Assembly: GCA_963743615.1 (NCBI GenBank)
Contig: CAVUQF010000002.1
Location: 129,697-193,696, forward strand
Direction of reading: 5' to 3'
Length of the DNA stretch: 64,000 nt
DNA from: an uncultured Nanoarchaeota archaeon
GTDB taxonomy: Archaea; Nanobdellota; Nanobdellia; Pacearchaeales; GW2011-AR1
A program made the translations under genes and the position numbers. This document shows positions 59,991 to 64,000 of the stretch, one piece after another. Below the pieces are notes generated by a model. The model searched no databases, was not told the origin of the DNA, and saw nothing but the letters and a program-made list of their open reading frames with translations. Within the stretch, counting starts at the first letter, position 1, and each line of letters opens with the position of its first letter.

Positions 59991-60785
59991 CTAATTCTTA
60001 GGATCAATCTCTATTCCTGCCTTTATACCCAATTTTAAACCAGGATTACTGGAACTTAATCCAACCTTGCTTCCAAGGTTAGTTGTGCTTGTTATCTCTG
60101 AAAATTCTGCTCCACCATATAGTTCAACGAAATTGATAATCCCCTTGTCTTTAAGAGGAATATGGACTCCAACATTTAATGAATGATCAATATAAGTCCC
60201 CAAAGTATAATAATCATTTATATCAATCTTTGAAGTGATATTCATAGGCGCATTATTAACTGTATAAGTCTCAGTACCGCTGAACATTGAAACTTCATTC
60301 CCAAAACTAGCAGAGTATTCAGCAAAAAATATATCATCCAAAAAGGAGGCCCTTGCGAAAACACCCGGATTAAAAGAATATTGCGGCGTTTTTATCAAAC
60401 CATAACAACTTTCAGAGTTATCTATTTCCATGCCTTCTGTTACTACACCAATCCCAGAAGTTCCATTAGCCGAAAAATCTGCTTTTGGCCCTACCTTAAA
60501 GCTGAACCAGTCAAAATTAGGATTTCTATATTCTACACCGAGTCTAAGCTCTAAGCTTGCAGCACCAATAAAACCATTCAAACCCATATCTTGCTGTGGA
60601 CTATCTCTAAAGGGGTCACTAACATAATCTGGAACATGTTGTACCGAGAGTGAAGAAGAAGAATTTACATCAGCCGCTAATTGTCCATAAAAGTGAAAAT
60701 CTGAAGCACTTGCTTCTTTTACCGGAACAAAAAGCAAACTACCCGCGAGGACTGCTGCTGCCATTCCAGCCAGTCTGTTTTTCAT
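59991..60785 (-). CDS. secreted outer-membrane-beta-barrel-like protein
   Basis: Signal peptide ending ASA/S; amphipathic strands; start set to MKNRL by TATA spacing. Confidence 0.6.
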   Translation of the reverse strand: MKNRLAGMAAAVLAGSLLFVPVKEASASDFHFYGQLAADVNSSSSLSVQHVPDYVSDPFRDSPQQDMGLNGFIGAASLELRLGVEYRNPNFDWFSFKVGPKADFSANGTSGIGVVTEGMEIDNSESCYGLIKTPQYSFNPGVFARASFLDDIFFAEYSASFGNEVSMFSGTETYTVNNAPMNITSKIDINDYYTLGTYIDHSLNVGVHIPLKDKGIINFVELYGGAEFSEITSTTNLGSKVGLSSSNPGLKLGIKAGIEIDPKN

Positions 60786-60806
60786 GCTATTCAAAACAGC
60801 AGGATA

Positions 60807-60847
60807 TATATAAATCTTATGAAATGTAATTCTTATAAAGTTACAAC
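60807..60847 (-). promoter_or_regulatory. operator plus TATA box (regulon site 6)
   Basis: Minus strand GTTGTAACT-TTAT-AAGAATTAC-ATTTCATAAGA-TTTATATA. Confidence 0.65.
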
Positions 60848-60867
60848 AGAATTTTTAAAATTCAGAA

Positions 60868-61473
60868 TTATTGGGTTTCCATTCCGAACTCTATCCCAAT
60901 TAAAGGCTTGGCAATCAAAGCTTTACCAGCTTCTTGAAGATCCAATCCAGCAGAAACCTCGCCAAAACCACCATTCATCTTACCAGAAGATGCACCAAAC
61001 ATAGGAACATGAAATCCTGTCTTTGCCCTGTAATCAACACCAGTAGGCTCAGAAGAACCCAGAGTATATCCTTCTAAACTAGTAGAAACCTCGCCAAAAA
61101 CCATCTTTCTGAAAGCAGATGCCCTTGCAAAAAGGCCAAAATTTAGAGAAGGACCATAAGAAGAAACATCACCTTCCTGTGCCGGAAGAGACAAATATGC
61201 CTTAGGGCCAACCTTTAAATCAATTTTACCAAAATCATATCCTAAAGCGGCCTTCAACTCTATGCTACTATTCATAGGAGTTCCCTTGAAAGGGTCGTCA
61301 CCCATGCTAATGTTTCCAGCAGAGTTATTCTGAGCATAAGAAGAGGGACAATTATCTAGACCTGCTCCTGCTCCTACATAACCATAAAGACCTTCAGCAC
61401 CCAATGAAGCGGCAGATAATGCTGCTACCAAAGCAGAGGTACTTGCAATCTTTGCGATTGATCTATTTTTCAT
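60868..61473 (-). CDS. secreted outer-membrane-beta-barrel-like protein, paralog of the downstream gene
   Basis: Signal peptide ending LGA/E; GLYGYVGAGAG, ELKAALGYDF, KVGPKA, FARAS. Confidence 0.65.
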   Translation of the reverse strand: MKNRSIAKIASTSALVAALSAASLGAEGLYGYVGAGAGLDNCPSSYAQNNSAGNISMGDDPFKGTPMNSSIELKAALGYDFGKIDLKVGPKAYLSLPAQEGDVSSYGPSLNFGLFARASAFRKMVFGEVSTSLEGYTLGSSEPTGVDYRAKTGFHVPMFGASSGKMNGGFGEVSAGLDLQEAGKALIAKPLIGIEFGMETQ

Positions 61474-61494
61474 GTTTTTCAGAAGAATTGTGAC

Positions 61495-61535
61495 TATTTA
61501 AATGTTGTGGAATGTAATTCCTATTCAGTTACTAC
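61495..61535 (-). promoter_or_regulatory. operator plus TATA box (regulon site 7)
   Basis: Minus strand GTAGTAACT-GAAT-AGGAATTAC-ATTCCACAACA-TTTAAATA. Confidence 0.65.
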
Positions 61536-61602
61536 AACTCTCTTTTTTAATTCAAACTCGCAAGTACAATAATATTTAAAAAATCTAGAACCTCTCTTAA
61601 TT

Positions 61603-63204
61603 ATGCACCGAAAGTACATCGTAGTAACGGGGGGAGTTCTTAGTGGTCTTGGAAAAGGTGTCGCTCTTGCAAGCATTGGAAATTTACTTTCTTCGACATA
61701 TAAGGTAATTCCAATTAAATGTGATGGTTATCTTAATGTAGATCCGGGGACCATGAATCCAATAGAGCATGGAGAAGTCTTTGTCCTTGATGACGGTACC
61801 GAAGTGGACATGGACTTTGGGCACTATGAAAGATTTCTTGGAATAAACTGCAAAAATGAATGGAATTTAACAATGGGGAAAGTCTTCAATGCAATCAGGG
61901 AAAAAGAGCGCAGAGGAGACTATCTTGGAAAAACGGTGCAGCTGATTCCTCATGTCTCTAACTATATTACTGAACATTACTTAAAAGTCGGTGAAGATGC
62001 TAATGCTGATGTCGTTTTGATTGAAATTGGAGGCACAGTGGGAGATATGGAAAGTGAACTGTTTATTGAGGCTGCCAGAAATCTTGCGAGAAGAGTGGGG
62101 AAAGAGAATATTATGTATGTACATCTAACTTATATCCCAATACCTTCAGGAGTAAACGAGCAAAAATCAAAACCAACACAGCAAAGTATTCAGATGTTGC
62201 GTCAGAGAGGGATAGAACCTGATTTGATCATTGCAAGATGCAGCGAAATGCTTACAGAGAACATTAAAAACAAAATCGCAATAAGTTGCAACTTAAATCC
62301 TCATGATATCTTAACAGGGCTTGATGTTGATAATCTTTACAAAATCCCTTTGCTATTTGAAGAGCAGGGAATTTGCAAAATTATTTCTAGAAAACTGAAT
62401 ATAACCGTCAATCCCAATCTTGAGAAAGTAAAGGTTCTGATTAATAATTTAGATAATGCCAAAAAAGAAGTTACGATTGCAATAGCAGGGAAGTATACCG
62501 CGTTAGGAGACGCTTATGCAAGTATAATTGAGGCGCTCCACCACTGCGCAGCACATCTCTCAACAAAAATAAACGTAAAATGGATTGAAACTAGCCAGAA
62601 CAATTTTGACTTTAACGGTATTCACGGTTTAATCGTCCCGGGAGCCTTTGGAAGCAGAGGAGCTGAGGGAAAAATTCTTGCAATAAAATATTGCCGTGAA
62701 AATAAAATCCCTTTTCTAGGGATTTGTTATGGTTTACAGATGGCGGTTGTTGAATTTGCCAGAAATGTATGTGGACTTTGTGCAAATAGCACTGAAATTG
62801 ATAAAAACTGTTCAGATCCAGTCATTAATATTTTGGAAGAGCAGAAGAAAGTAATGGATAAAGGAGGAACAATGAGATTAGGAGATTATCCCTCAATTAT
62901 TAGGGCAAATTCATTAGTGCAGGAGTTATATGGTTGTCAAGAGGTTCATGAAAGACATAGGCATCGTTATGAAGTAAATCCAAAATATCAAGAAATACTT
63001 GAAAACAAAGGTTTAATTCTATCCGGAAAATCCCCCGATCAAACTCTTGTTGAATTTATTGAATTATCAAAAGAAGAACATCCCTACTTTGTCGCAACAC
63101 AGGCGCATCCTGAGTTAAAGAGCAGCTTACTTAAACCAGCCCCCTTATTCTTAGGGTTAGTTAATGCTGCATTAAAATTTTCTGAGAAAAATCAGAATAT
63201 ATGA
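61603..63204 (+). CDS. pyrG: CTP synthase
   Basis: TGGVLSGLGKG, YLNVDPGTMNP, GICYG, ERHRHRYE, QAHPE. Confidence 0.96.
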   Translation: MHRKYIVVTGGVLSGLGKGVALASIGNLLSSTYKVIPIKCDGYLNVDPGTMNPIEHGEVFVLDDGTEVDMDFGHYERFLGINCKNEWNLTMGKVFNAIREKERRGDYLGKTVQLIPHVSNYITEHYLKVGEDANADVVLIEIGGTVGDMESELFIEAARNLARRVGKENIMYVHLTYIPIPSGVNEQKSKPTQQSIQMLRQRGIEPDLIIARCSEMLTENIKNKIAISCNLNPHDILTGLDVDNLYKIPLLFEEQGICKIISRKLNITVNPNLEKVKVLINNLDNAKKEVTIAIAGKYTALGDAYASIIEALHHCAAHLSTKINVKWIETSQNNFDFNGIHGLIVPGAFGSRGAEGKILAIKYCRENKIPFLGICYGLQMAVVEFARNVCGLCANSTEIDKNCSDPVINILEEQKKVMDKGGTMRLGDYPSIIRANSLVQELYGCQEVHERHRHRYEVNPKYQEILENKGLILSGKSPDQTLVEFIELSKEEHPYFVATQAHPELKSSLLKPAPLFLGLVNAALKFSEKNQNI

Positions 63205-64000
63205 GAAAACCAGTTAACAATTGCATTCCACACGTTAACAATCCAACTTGAAGATTGTGTAGGCTGAGTACTTGCCGACGAACTATTATTCTCTTGTGAA
63301 ACAGGGGGAACATTCTGATTGGTGTTGTTTACAAATGTATTCCCCATTCCCGATGGAGAAGAAGAACTGCTGACGGGAATATATCCTGGCCCAGAGTATC
63401 CTATAACACTATATGAAGCAGTTGTAGTTGCCACATTTCCTGAATTACTTGTTACGCTGCATGAGTAAGAATATGCTCCAGGAACGGTTGTTATTGTTGA
63501 GGTTGGTGTTGATGACGCTACTCCAGAGAGTGCACTCCCAGAACAAGTGCACGTAACATTCTGACCAGGAGACAGTGAAGAGGGAGAGCAAGACGCAGAA
63601 ACTGCAGGTGTGCTTGAATCCATGAGCACAACAAAAGAGTTGTTTAATCCTGTATTATTAACACTATCATTAGCATAAACATTTACAACATTATTTCCAT
63701 TGGATAATCCTGTCAAGCTCAGAGTATTATTGCACCAGCCACTTGAAACAGCAACGGTTTGATTAGTCCCTCCATTGATATTCATAATGCACGCACTTCC
63801 GGTTATCCCAGATCCAGCATCGCTAACAAGAACATTTAAAGGTAAAGTAGAGGCGCTATTTTTGGCCGTTGCGTTTGTGTAAACAGGCAAAGTTATGGTT
63901 GGAGGCACAGCATCTACTTCGGTATTCCATGAACTAAGCGTCATTACAGGTATAGTCGAATTATCTAGAGTAGTAATGTTCCAAGTCTGATTTATCTGTG
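63192..64000 (-). CDS. partial surface glycoprotein with Ig-like domains (5' end outside the window)
   Basis: Frame open to the right edge; shares a C.P...CxCSG...SGV...YxYxCxV module with 2306..3736. Confidence 0.75.
   Translation of the reverse strand, partial: QINQTWNITTLDNSTIPVMTLSSWNTEVDAVPPTITLPVYTNATAKNSASTLPLNVLVSDAGSGITGSACIMNINGGTNQTVAVSSGWCNNTLSLTGLSNGNNVVNVYANDSVNNTGLNNSFVVLMDSSTPAVSASCSPSSLSPGQNVTCTCSGSALSGVASSTPTSTITTVPGAYSYSCSVTSNSGNVATTTASYSVIGYSGPGYIPVSSSSSPSGMGNTFVNNTNQNVPPVSQENNSSSASTQPTQSSSWIVNVWNAIVNWFSHIF

Noticed and set aside
432..61004. Numerous short antisense or alternate-frame ORFs in the track (e.g. 432..623, 4595..4996, 32113..32529, 35180..35596, 50050..50463)
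   Set aside because: They are shadows of well-supported genes on the other strand or frame.
1..64000. CRISPR array or cas genes
   Set aside because: No regularly spaced 25-45-bp repeats and no Cas motifs seen.

Overview
AT-rich archaeal chromosome segment, very likely a DPANN archaeon of the Pacearchaeota/Woesearchaeota type. The assignment is inferred from uL16, eL33, thermosome, AglB, Dph6, class III pilins, a BHB-intron tRNA-Tyr with C1-G72, TATA-box promoters and many orphan genes. Housekeeping content: scpA, dph6, NAD kinase, hisS, a C-terminally shortened gltX, rpl16/rpl35ae, Trm11-like methylase, thermosome, RbgA-like GTPase, aglB, DEAD-box helicase, pyrG, and four tRNAs (His, Gly, Val, Tyr). 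Main points of interest: (1) Seven scattered promoters share a 9-4-9 inverted repeat at a near-fixed distance upstream of a TATA box that lies exactly 29 nt before the ATG. The genes they drive include three outer-membrane-beta-barrel-like proteins and one other secreted protein, all with bacterial-style signal peptides, suggesting an undescribed host-interaction regulon. (2) A ~5.9-kb satellite-like element is integrated at the 5' end of tRNA-Tyr. It carries an integrase, RHH, Sm-like and Zn-finger proteins, an SF3 helicase, a spindle-virus-capsid-like gene, and a DUF3800-like gene followed by a GC-rich structured RNA candidate. (3) Two paralogous MNT-HEPN-like fusion genes. (4) Two tRNAs with C55 T-loops, and several genes broken by single stops or frameshifts. 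All family assignments come from motif recognition by eye; no database searches were run.
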